This document shows, one piece after another, positions 1-12,900 of a stretch of 64,000 nt of DNA (within the stretch, counting starts at the first letter, position 1; each line of letters starts with the position of its first letter). This DNA is from Balanoglossus misakiensis. Lineage: Eukaryota; Animalia; Hemichordata. A program made the position numbers and the translations under genes. The stretch spans positions 4,914,735 through 4,978,734 of the forward strand of contig CM082592.2 in assembly GCA_040954595.2 (NCBI GenBank). The letters are read 5' to 3'. The notes beneath the pieces are model-generated. The model saw only the letters and a program-made list of their open reading frames with translations. It was not told the DNA's origin and did no database searches.

Positions 1-2205
1 AAATTATGCACATCACATAAAAGTGCGACTTCGGTACATCAATCAAACTGACGTAACACACGAATTCAAAGTGCAAAACATCACATCAGTTAGTGAAAAA
101 CAACCAAGCATTAATTTAACACATACGCTTCACACAAAAACAAAACAGCCCAGCTACAAATTGCTGATTTGAGTTCCATGCTTAATTCCCACTGACTGAA
201 AATATACAATTGCAGAATTTACTTAATTAAAATATAAATACATGTATACAAACTATATGACTTGAAAGGTGATTCTGAAAATAGCAGTTTTGATTTGCCA
301 AAAAAAATTATCCTTAATTTTAAAATATAGAATTATTTAGAATGTCTTGAAGATTTTATAAAAGAAGACCTAATTTTTTTGACATAAATAGTTGCAATTC
401 TTCCTGACAATTGAAGCAGATTGTCGTTGTTTCATGCTGTGATCAGACCTGAGTTTGTGTTTTGGAATCAGCATTCTTTTCCTAATGATAATTCTGGCTA
501 CTTTCAAATAATCTTTTTTTTCTCACTGTGACTATGTAGTCCCTTGAAACATAACTGAAGCAACTGATCAGGAACACTAATTCCACAAATGGTTAGAAAT
601 GGACCAGTAGGACTAAAAATAATGTATTTTTTCCAGAATTCTTTCTAAGTATAGCAACAAGATGAAATGTCCACTTTCTAATCTATCAACACAGCCATCA
701 CTTTTTTTAAATCTTGACTGTAGGACCCAAATTCAATGACTAACAAAAATGTTGCGCCATTACTCCTAAACAGACTGTGTTGCCAAGCTTCACCGTTGCT
801 ACACAGAGCAAAAATACTCCAAAATACCATCAAAAATTACCCGGTACTGTCTCCTAAAGTCAAGGTTTCTTCATAAGGCGACAAGCAGACAAAGCATAAA
901 GGACGCACAACCCCTTTCCTTAACTTTGACAAGAATGTGGCTTAAAATTCCTTAATTCAAGCGCTGATTGGAAAATATCCCTAATAAATAAGGCATTTTG
1001 GTAAATTTAAGCTTGGAAGTTATAAAATTTTAAGTTACAAGCAAGGAAAAGACAGACCTGATATTCTAACACTGTACTTCAAACAGTTTCTTGGAGCTAC
1101 ATGTAATTAACTTATATATAATATATCTACTTATATACTAGTATGCAAATAATGTAAATATAAAATTAAACCCTTTAAACTTTCTAAACAAAAGTTGTCC
1201 AATAATTCCAAAAAATGAATTCTTTTCATAAACAATTATTCTAATCTATAGTACAATTGCATATTTTAAATCAAAATTGTGACCTCAAGTTATTTTACAT
1301 ATGTTAAAAGATAAACTTCCATAAAACTTTACACAAGAAATATTTTGATTTCAGAAAGAGAAATGGCACTTCATTGATATGTTAATAAAATGAAATAAAA
1401 TGGATACTCAGTACATGAAAAGTACAAATGATCAATTATGAAAACTGTACGATCTGCTGTTGTTTACAGAATATGGTGATGAGTTCTGATGACTTGCTTC
1501 TAAGAACTGTTACTTGTGACCACAATTAGTTCTACCACATTTTGATACAAAATGAACTGGTTCTTAATAAATTAATAAAATCTACAGAAAACTATCAAAT
1601 GCACTAAAATTTGGCAGGGGGTCAACAAACAATGTTAAGAGTAACTATTTCACCACTTTATTTCTATTTTAAAGGTACTTTAACCTAATAAACTAACTAA
1701 TTAACCAAAACAACCAGCCACTGTCACTTTCATTGAGTCAACTAGGACGCCACAGGATTAGGACATTGTCAACAGCATAATTCTTAACTTTTGGCTATTG
1801 AGAGCAGTGATTTCCCCACCTTTAGAACGGATTAGGCACAACAAGGTATTACAACTCTTATCCTCCCCAACTTTAAACTAAAGTTGTTCGCAAAATAAAT
1901 TCCTAATTCAATGTGAAGTAATATAAACATTGCAAATAGCTAATTGGCCAATATTGGATTAATTTATATTTGAGAAAGAAGTAAACCACATATTCTTAAT
2001 GGTGGCCTAACCTTTAGAGTATTAAGCGCTTTGTACAATTGTACAAAAGTGAGCAGACATAATGAGTTAAAATTCAATATCTGTACTCAAGTTTCCTGTG
2101 AGTTGGGAATGTAACAAAGAGTGGATTTTGTGACCAAACAGGCAATATGATATCTATTATTTCATACTTTCCCCCTGCTGGCAGAAGGAGTCTTATCGGT
2201 TCTCT

Positions 2206-5200
2206 TTACGACGTCGACGAACTTCGTGTTCGATTCAGGCTGCGAGCTTTATGTTTGTTGGAAGCCCCACTGGGGAGGGATTTCGTTCGGCCGGGGTTGG
2301 CCGGGCTGCGCCGCACTTTGAGAGTACTCGGCATGGAGTTGGTCTTGGCGAACTCCAGCAAGCTGTCCTTTGTCTCGTTCTTCCCGCCCGACGTCATCGT
2401 CAAAGAGAGACCGGCGCTGCCAACCCCGCCGCTGCTGGACCGCCTCCTGGTCACTTTGCCGGCGCTCGACCGCGACTGGACTTTCCCCCGGCGCTGCGAC
2501 TTGGATTTGGGCTTGGCCAGGTCGTCCGTTTGCTTCGATTCGAGATTGTTGGTTTGCGCGGGGAGTGAGGAGGTGGAAAATTTCCCCGCGAGTCGCGGGC
2601 TTCCGACGTACTTCCTCGCATGATCCCCGACGTGTAAATTACTGATGTCCAGCGTCACCTGTTCCAGTTTCCCCTGCAGTGCCGCCGGCTTCTCCCGCGA
2701 GTCGCCGCCGTCTCCCCCCGCGCTCCCCTTCCCGGCCGCGTTCTCCTTCTCCTCCTCGCCGCCGCTCTTGGCGTCCTTCGCCGCGATCTTCTCCGAGTTG
2801 TCTCCGTCCGAGTTGACGGCTGCGCGCTCGTGGCGCGGGTGCAGGAACACCACCAGGGCGCTGATATTGTCGCTGGACCCGTTGTCCTTCGCCAGGATGA
2901 CCAGCTTGTGCGCCACCGAGGTGAGATCGCAGCCGCTGTCGATGTACTGCTGGATCGTCTCGCACACCTGTTCCGGCTCCAGGGTATCCCAGAGGCCGTC
3001 GCAGGCCAGAATGATGCATTCCTCGTCTCCTTCCAGGCCGATTCTCACAGTGTCTGGCTCTCCACTCACATAAGGCTTGTGCTCCGCATCGCCTTGGAAA
3101 TTAATGTTAAGGATGTACGTTCAGAAAAATTGAAAGTATTGTCATTTTTTAACCGTATACATGTACCTTTAATAATCTCATAGACTTGGGGAAAGTCTAT
3201 CCACCTACCTAGTGCTCTTGAAACCGAGAGAGTACCATTGACTCTCCAAGCGCCAAACCACACCACGCATCCTCCCAGATCTTCTATCCTCTTCTTCTCA
3301 TCCTACATGAACAGCAAGAGTGCATCAATATGCAAGGAGGAACGTTGGCATCCGTACCGGCCACAACCAATTTCTACACAGTGGCCCTGTTGGCAATAGT
3401 GCCAGGCTTCTCTCCAGAAAGTTTAGCAATATATATTTACTGGCCATATTTCAAAATTGATTGCATTTCTTTGTGCTATGGTAAGTCCAGCACTGATATA
3501 CACAGTGGGTGGTAGTTTTTCATCTTTGCCAGTGAAGAATTACTTAACCAGAAAGTAAGTTTCACAATCAACAACGTTACCTCTCTCTCCGGTTTATGAG
3601 GTTCCATGATCTTGACAGGTTTTCCATTCTTCATCAGAAGCACCTGCGAGTCTCCCAGCCAGGCTAAGTACACATTCTTGTTTCTGATGACAGTCGCCAC
3701 GCCAGTGGAACCACTACGCAATCTCTGCAGAGATACGAGAGAACCGATCAGAAATGTCATTTTAGATTTATCCCCAATCGTGGCTTGTAAGTGGGTATTG
3801 AATATCCAGTGATGGAGGCCGATTAAACTGGTGTGGCACCCATTTAATATATCACTTGTTCAAATTGCAACATACAGCCACAATTGACAAGATGTTCATG
3901 TACATGTATATACCTATCAGTATGTTTATTTAGATGGACCAATCTAAGTTGGAGAGTAATAATCGTGAAAATAACACAAAAAGTGGCAGCTCGTGGGGCT
4001 TTAAGGTATACACTCACCTCTCTGGTGGCCCTTTCCACGAACATGGCGTCCGTCTTCTGGAAGGCTTCCTTGATTGCCAGACTGACATCCGTGTCAAATT
4101 TCATGTGGTTGGCAAGGTGACAGTGGAGATGGGCCGACGCGTAGCTTGCGGCGTCCACGCCTCCGTGCCCATCAAAGATGGCGTAGTACGACTGGCTTTC
4201 TGTCACCTATCAATGAAAGAAACACATAAAACCGGTGACAATCTGAGAAGGTCAACTTAACACCCCATAAAATTCCTATGCACCGACCTTGGTTTTAATT
4301 AGGGTAGATTTTGGGCATGTCTCTTAGATTCCCCAAGTCTTTTGTGGGCTGACATATAATATAATTATTTCAGGAATGATCAAGTTGCAAAGTACAATGT
4401 ATTGATTTGGTACAAGGCCTTCAAATCAGACTACGGCCATTAACCTTCTGCACACTGCCTGTCTTGTGACCTACTATGATGTCATTCAGCATTTGCTTCC
4501 AGGCTGGATTCAAAGGGTTAATTTCAAGGACTGTTGAATGGGGAATTTTAATGATTATTTGTAGCAGCTGAATAAAAGCCAATTTACTTTTTATACGTGA
4601 GATTTATGAGTTGTGGATGTGTGTGTGACATGATAAAGATATAAACCACTTCACAAAAAGTTTTTTATAGCACAAGCTTTAGAGGACAAATAGCACAGTA
4701 ATAATTTTTGATTTATGGTTTTTAAATCAGAGCAAAACTGTTTCATTTCATGCTTGGTTTGTGTATTCATACTATACTCATTGGGACTGCATTTTAACTA
4801 CATGTACTATTTATTATTAATGTGTTACAAGGGTTAAGCTGCTATCCTTGCTTAATTTTAAATCTGACTATGGTTTATTTTATTAAAGTGACAATAGTTC
4901 TGGAGAGAAATGATAGCAAGCGCGGAACTGTGCAAAGTGTTACGGCAGAACTGAATAGTACTGTAATGTGAACAACACATCACAGAGGCCTGCAAGTAAG
5001 TTGAATTGAAGACCCCAAGCTCACTGCCATCAGTTGCCTAAGACCTGAAAAATACATGAACACCATAAACCTGGTTCTGATATGCCTTGAACTACATGCA
5101 CAGTCACCTACCTTGGATGGGAAGAGGGCCTTCAAATCTTTGATGATGACGTGTTTGTCCTCCATTTTCCGCCTGGTGTTTTTGATTGCATGGACGGATA

Positions 5201-7118
5201 CAAGAGGCAGTGCGCTGGAGTGATTGAGTCGTGGCAAGCTGGCCTTCCATTTGGTGCAGATTTCGTGGATTTTGTTGAAGACTTTCCTACACAAATTATT
5301 GGCATTAATTACTGAAAACAAACAAAAATGATACAAAGTTAGAAAGAAAAAAAAAATGGAATTTCCTTTCATTTTCATTTCTAGTTTTTTCAGAATGTAC
5401 TACATGTATGCTAAACATCTTTCAGGATGAAGTATGTAAATCCAACCAAATACAACATATCCTGACTCTTCTATCTCTGACACGCAACATCAACATAGGA
5501 ACGCTAAAGTTACCACGGACCAGAGAAAGAAAATAAAGGACATATACGCTCACCAGGACGCTCCTCTGCATTTTCAGATTGCTCTAGCAGATTATCGATT
5601 TTGGATTTCAATATTTCATCCACTGCCTTTCTAGCAATTGCTAGAGCCAGCATATGAGGTGCATTGCTGGGAAAGAAAGCAAAAGGAAGGATCTGGTTAA
5701 GTTTTCAGTTGCTCAGAACATTTACAATTACACTGTATAACATTATGATACAGTATTATACTGTATGATTTTTATGTACCGGTAAACACATATTGTATAT
5801 GCATTTGAATATGGTTCAATGAAGGTGTTTGAGAAATTGAGATCATTTCCCCCTTTATTTCTGTAAGAGTTACATACTAGAATTTCACACAACACATGGC
5901 ACAGACACTGCTAAATACATTTATATGTGAATTTTACCTAAATTTATCTTATGTGCAAAAAACAGAGAACACCTTTCTACCATTCATCCATCACTGTGTT
6001 ATTTTCAATTTATTTTTTTTCAAAATAAAAGCCAAACCTTTTATCATTGCACCATGGTTTCATTACAAAAACACCACACATTAAATATTGATAGGGTCAT
6101 CCTGTCCATGAAAAGCTGCTGACTGATATGACACCTGATATGTGATTCTGAAACATTCATGCATGATTGCATGTGATATTTGAATATGACAACATTAACT
6201 CAGTAACAGGATCCCATATTTATGTGATACGAGTTCATGAATTAATTTACTAGGTATGCCACATAACAAGAGTAATGCTAAGCTTCTTTTTTTTTCGCTT
6301 TGTTATTTTTACCTTGGAATATCTTTCTAATTTTTGTTGTACACATAGGTAGATTACATTGTACATTGCACTGCGTGCGAAAACTTGATTAAATTCACAT
6401 TCATATGGGCATAACATGCCAATATTTTGATGTCATTTCTCATATGTAGCAAAGTTAGGCACAATGTTACAGTATGACGTCACTGAACTTCTCAAGCAGG
6501 GAATACTTGTAAAATATTTCTTGCCAAAACACCCGTTTGATTTCACACTACCTGTCTGAATATCAACTGTTTATTCACTTCCTTGAAACGGAAGCTTGGT
6601 CAATCGAAAACACTTGTAAACGCTGTATTATTTTCTTTTGAACCCTGGCCTGCTCTTGTAATATGCTGTGAATTAGCTGAATACCTGCACTGCTGCAGCC
6701 ATTGACACATATCGATGTTTACATCGACGTCGTCGGCATGTTTGTGAATTAATGTATCGTGGATGCAAGGTGTGAATATGTTGCAACTGGAAATACAATC
6801 CCCTAAACAGTGACACCGTCTTACTCGTTGCCTGTCCGGGTGTTCAGGCGTATCTCTCGACAGATCACACTGTGCGAGGGCAGGGCAATGGCATGCCAAC
6901 TGAATGTCAACATTGCAATCGTCCGGTCTCACCCACCTCTTCTCCAAGTACTCCAGCGCCCAGTCCAGCGCCTCCCCTTCCACTTCTTGCTTCGTCAGGG
7001 AGAATGTCACCAGCCTGATCGGCAGCGGGTCGTTGCTCGTCAGATGACATTCATTTTTGGCCAGAAATTCACCCAAAAACTGATCATATGCCTCCGGAGT
7101 CCCTCCGGAGGACTCCAT
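2206..7118 (-). CDS. PPM1E: Protein phosphatase 1E/1F-like (PP2C family, POPX/CaMKP), 7 coding exons
   Basis: Approximate exons: 6937-7118, 5554-5666, 5112-5311, 4017-4207, 3581-3724, 3209-3302 and 2206-3093, joined by GT-AG introns in consistent phase. PP2C motifs [89 protein letters not shown] and GSSDNIS closely match PPM1E/PPM1F as I recall them. The tail is basic and Ser-rich. Confidence 0.92.
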
Positions 7119-9997
7119 TACAGCGAGTAATGAGTAATGCAAGGCACGAACAAACGCATCATATTTTTTTCCAGGCTACGCATAACTAATACAGTTGAGG
7201 GCGTTGCACAGAATTTGCACTAAGAGTTGGGGCCTTGACAACCAATATTTCAAACGCAATCAAAATCAGTACTGATCATGTTTTGAACAGTATACCGCTT
7301 CAATATTAAAAACACAGGCATATGTTGAAACTATGCATGCATTTTGTTTATACCAGATTCAACAGAAACATGGGAATTCATTTTGCAGCAGATTATACCA
7401 TAAGACCATATAAATTCATGGTCAAGTGAAAAATGGACAAAAACACTCATAAAAACAACAAGATTTTACACTGTTAATGTTTATTTCTTTTTTCTCACAT
7501 AATTTCCAGTATTATTTTTAGTTGAAATTAGATGTAAATCATATCGAATCATACCTAAGAAAATCAAACTACAATAGACAGGCTCATTTGTTGCAACTTC
7601 AGCAAAAGTGTTCTTTGGAAAGAAATCTCATCTCTCATCCAGCACTGAGAACATTCTATGGAAAAGGCAAGAGTACAGATAATACAGAGTACTCATAATG
7701 CAACTGATACTCAATTGTAAATTTCTGTCCCTGTATAAGATCTACAATGACTTAAAGATTTCAGCCTTTACAATAACTGAAAGTAATGAAAAGAATTTTA
7801 TTACACAATTTACACTTTAGCACGTTCCATATCTTTTGTGTTCCAAATTCAAAGTTTTGTTCCTTTGGCTACATATAATCAGCAAAGTGCCTCATGCGCT
7901 AACATTATCCCTAGTTCCCAATGGTATGGCCCCATCTGACAATAATGAATGGGCCAAAATCCATAGGGTGCATAATTTGTATACTGTAGAAATTTCGCCA
8001 TCTACAAAAGATGTTAGCGACACTCAAATATAATTAAACACCATCAACGCCCTGCTCTTGTTTGTTCATAAAAATGTTGAACGTGAACATTATTCATGTC
8101 AGGGCAGAACTTACAAGGGATGTTGCCATTATGTGATTCCAGCGCCCTCTATCGCCACGCCTCTTTGTCATTGCATACTGAAAAGTGTACACGAGTAAAT
8201 TTCAACCGTTTTAAAGCTGAACAATGAAAGGCAACAATTATCCATCAAAATATCTACACTAGAGTTGCTTGTAAAAAGTGATAAATGACGCTGCAATTCT
8301 GCCTGTTGGTTGTAGTAGTATTTCTTGATTTGTCAATTATACTATATTGTGACATGATATATTCATTAATGGCACGCAATATGAAATTAATCGATTCATT
8401 ATGCAACTTGAAGTCCAGCAAATCAAAATTCTTATCTCTGCGATTTTCCTGCTGCAGAAACACCATGACATAAACTTGACAACACACACATAACCTATCA
8501 TCTATCTAAGGATGATTCCATACTTGTCATCATTGGGTTTTTTTTTAATCTTTGATTAGTCATTTTATAGAATAAAGTGCACTGAACCAGCCACAGGTTA
8601 TACAAAAGGTCAAACTATCGCATCACAAGGTCATTGTCATCGGTCAACTTGTCAATCTGGGTGTGAAAGGGCAGTCATACTAAAAGGTCAAAGTCATGGG
8701 TTAAAGGTCTATGTCGAGTCAGCCTGGAGGTGAGGGGTCAACTGTCGATGTCATGTTAAAAGTTCAAAATCGTAGGTTAAAGGTCAATCTTTATCAGTCT
8801 GGAAGTGAAAGGTCACAGGTCAAATTGGTCAGTCAAAAATGTAACTGTCAGTCTGAAAGTACAGGTCCAGCAACACGCAGGAAGATCTCTACAGTAGCTT
8901 GAACATCCACAAAAAAATTACACATTGGCAAGTACAAGAACATTTTCTGATAAAATTTGCACTTTCTACACCTTTGAAAGAATAAAAAGTTATAACTTTA
9001 CATGATAATATATTTGGATAAAAACAGCATCAAATGGAAGAGAAAGGAAATCATGTTGCATTTAATTGTATCGAACAGCACTTGCTTCAAAGGCGACTGC
9101 ACAAAAATAAAAGTCTCTCAGGATAGAAAATCGGGACCAAGGTAAATTGTACTCAGCTAAGCACTACTACCAATTAAAAACAACTGAGTTGTGCTAGTTG
9201 GAAGAACTTGATATAGTTTCATTTTCATTCTACTCTGACACAATCTTGATCCACTATGACTTGATCCAAGTATTCAGTTTGTTAATACCGCATTAGCCAA
9301 AATGAGAAATAGCTATATAATTCAGCAACATTTTTTTCACAATTAGGCCATAAACAGATATAAGATACAAAATGTTTCAAGTAAAAATCCAGTTCTTTAA
9401 TCAAATTTCATCAACACCCACTACATGTGCACAGAGACACAGGAAGGTTCTACTGTCTGTTTTCACATCCTGAATTCTTGGATCATGCCTTACAAAGCAT
9501 GCAAGATAGCTCTGTAGCCCCAAGGGATAAATATTTTTGTTTCAGTAGCACATACGGTGGTGTAATTAAATCTACTAGTCCTTTTACAAACGCTAACAGA
9601 ATCAGAATGATCTCAGACCACCTGGCTTCTCTATGGTTCCACAGGACATCAAAACTATTCCCAACACAGAAGCTTCAATACCTTAGAAAATGCCTTTCAA
9701 AAGCTAGCCAATTCTTGCGAAAATTTTCAAAATACACTATCTTTGGGTTAGTCTGAACGTAAGTGATCAGAAAGTGTAACTGGAAATCAAATAATAATTC
9801 AATTTTACTTCAATTTGTTGTCATTTAGTATAAATCAATGACAGTTATTTTTTATCAATTATGTTAGTAATTTAAATTCTATTCATTTGAATATGATAAT
9901 GAATAGTGCAGACCAGCACCTGTAGTATATCACAGTTCAACTGTCAATCAAATTTACATGAATACAGCAATGAATTCCTCTTCACTTGCTTTTTTTT

Positions 9998-12900
9998 TTA
10001 TCCAAACAGTTTGACAAAGCAGGGGTGACAGTAAGGCTTGTCGTTTTGTTCTTTGAACGTGCCCTTGTTGAGTTGCTTCAGACAGAAGGCGCAGACAAAA
10101 TGCTCGGGATGGAATTTCTTCTGCATGGCGGTGATGCAGCGGCCCGTGATTGGCTTGTTGCAGCCGGAGCAGAGCGAGCCGCGGATGGCGTGGTAGTGGA
10201 TTTCGCAGTACGGACGACCGTCGTGGTCGAAGAAGCTGCCTCCGTTGAAAGGTGTGCGGCATTCCTGCAAAAAAGGGTACAAGCGTGAGAATGAATTGCA
10301 TGATTCGATTTTGATTTTGATTTTGACACAATTTTGCTTTTGAAACATTTTTTTACATACATATCAAAACTTTCAGTGAGCATCAGCACAATTTATTTTG
10401 ATTGCGTCCAAAACAAAGGTATATTTTGGTGAAAAATTAACTAGCCTGCAAAAATTGTCAATAATGAGGAAACCATCGGTCATGGTTTAAGCTGAGCAGA
10501 GTGCCAGTGGTTGGAGCACATAACACAAGTATGCAAAGACATTCTTAACACACCACAACAATGAATACAAATGTCCATTAAAGTTTGATTGACATTTGTA
10601 ATTTACTGTGACTGGACATTTTGTTTGAACCTTCTGAAGTTCTCATATGTAATTTTTTGGCTACACAATAAAACTTTTAATACAAAATCGGTCAGAAAGT
10701 GAATTGTACTATCAGAATCTGTCGAAAGTTACTTACAGTACAAACAAAGCACTCAGGATGCCACTGCACGTTCAGAGCCGAGATGTAATTCTCCATGATG
10801 GCACGGTTACAGCCGGCGCATTTGGGAGCGAACATGTCGAAGTAGTCATCACGGCAGAATGCCTTGCCGTCCTTCTCGTGGAAGCCTTCGTCGGCAAAGT
10901 GACGTCCGCACTGAGCGCAGAAGAAGTGCTCTGGATGCCAGGTCTTGTCCAGCGCAGTCACACATTTCTGTCAGAGAAAGAAGAGGATTAACTGTTACTA
11001 CAGATTGATTACTAATTAATTATTATACAGTCTGTATAGACTGGCCATTTATAGGGTAGAAGCAAGTCAGATTGGAGGGGCATGCATTCCCCTTACTTAC
11101 TTGGATTAGGTGGCAAAACAAAATAACATAGCAAGACACTGCCAAATTCAAAATGGCCGATCATGAGCCAAAAGGGGTCAAGGGTCAAATCACAGGCCTA
11201 GCACATACAATCTCCATGGCACTGATGAATTTACATAAAGCATTTCAAAACTATCAATTCAAATGTGATGTCTGTATTGTCTGCATTCCAAGAATGGGCT
11301 TCAAGTTCATTGGCATGAATGAGAACAATTTATGATCTGCTTACTTCAAGGATGGGTCCATGGCAATAGGCACATCGTGGAGAGAACAGATTGTGGTAGT
11401 CTTTGTCGCAGAATGGCTGTCCGTCTCGTTCAAAGAAGTTCTGGGTTCCCAACTCCACTTGGCAGTGGGAACACGTGAAGTGTTCCGGATGCCAGGTCTT
11501 GCCAAGTGCTGTTACCAGCTGTAAGAAAAACACAAAAATATTTCATTGCCATACAATGCAGAATCCTAGTACAGCATTGATTTCAAAAATGCATCTTTTA
11601 CAGTTAGTTTATTCAGAGAAGACATTCGGTTTTACCAGTGAATCAAACATTTTACACAGTACACAATGTATCCTACAGACGGCATACCATTTTAACAAAT
11701 CTTTCCAATTAAATTATCAGACAGCATGATGGGATGAGTGAAACATGCTGAGAGTATGTTACCCTCAACATTTTTCAAGACTGCATACAAAATTACTTTT
11801 CTGTGGTCTATCATTCAAGGGAGGCGCGTTGCCAAATATTGAGTGTTCCATAAACAACAGCACATTTCAAGAATTTCTCTTTGCACACGAGGTACTACTA
11901 CACTGTTACTCACCTGACCGACAATAGCCTTGTTACAAGCAGCACAGTGTCCCTTGGGTACGGTCTGCACTCCGTGGCGATTCATGTCCGACTGCAGATG
12001 ACCCAGCATGGAATCGAGCTGGCTTCCCTTGGGCGCTTCTGCGTGGGTCGTCACGGCTACGGCTTGTGGGGCTGGCTGCCTCTGGACTTGTTTCGGGGCC
12101 TGCTGTGCATATGAGGCATCTGCTGGCCGGGCGTGTTGGGGACCCCCTTGAGCTGATGTGCTCATCTGAAGGTTGTCGGCAGTGGAATAGAAGAGAGGTA
12201 ATTGATTATACAGTGAAATCTGCATAAATGAAACCATCTAATCTGGGAAACTCTCTATACTGGACATCCTTTCCAGCCTCCTCTACAGAGAGCACTAAAA
12301 AGACCCTCTATAAACCAGACACCTCTACAAACAGTTTTTTTAATTCTCATCAATGTGTTTTTGTAAATTACATTCATACACAAAGTGAATTTCAGGTCTA
12401 TTTCATTCATAGCTTGCATTGAAATATCTCATTTACCTTTAGAGTGAAAATATGGTGTACAAGCTAATCGCTTACAATATAATTTGAATATTATCAGTTC
12501 ATAACCTGTTTCAGATTTATCAATTCAAGAGGACAAAGTTTATAAAGACAAGTAGGAATTAATTTCTGGCAAAAAAGGTCTTCTACAGATGAAAGATTTC
12601 ACCAGTGATCTTCGGCAGAGCAAGCACACGTCAGTGTCACCTGACAGTCCTTCGTTAGACATCATCAGATTTGACCCCTCACCTTGAAATCGGACAGAGA
12701 GGCCATCAGGTCATCCAGCTCCTTGGTTGCCGTGGAAGCAGATCGCGGCGGAGGTCCTGCCTGCATCTGTTGACGATGCACGGGCGATACATGTTGAGGC
12801 TGCGGTTCCTGGTGTTGCACAGGGTGGTGGTGGGTCTGTGTGACGGTGACCACCGTTCTGGTTTGCTGTCTGTAAAGTGTGAGAGTGGCAGGGGGAAAAT

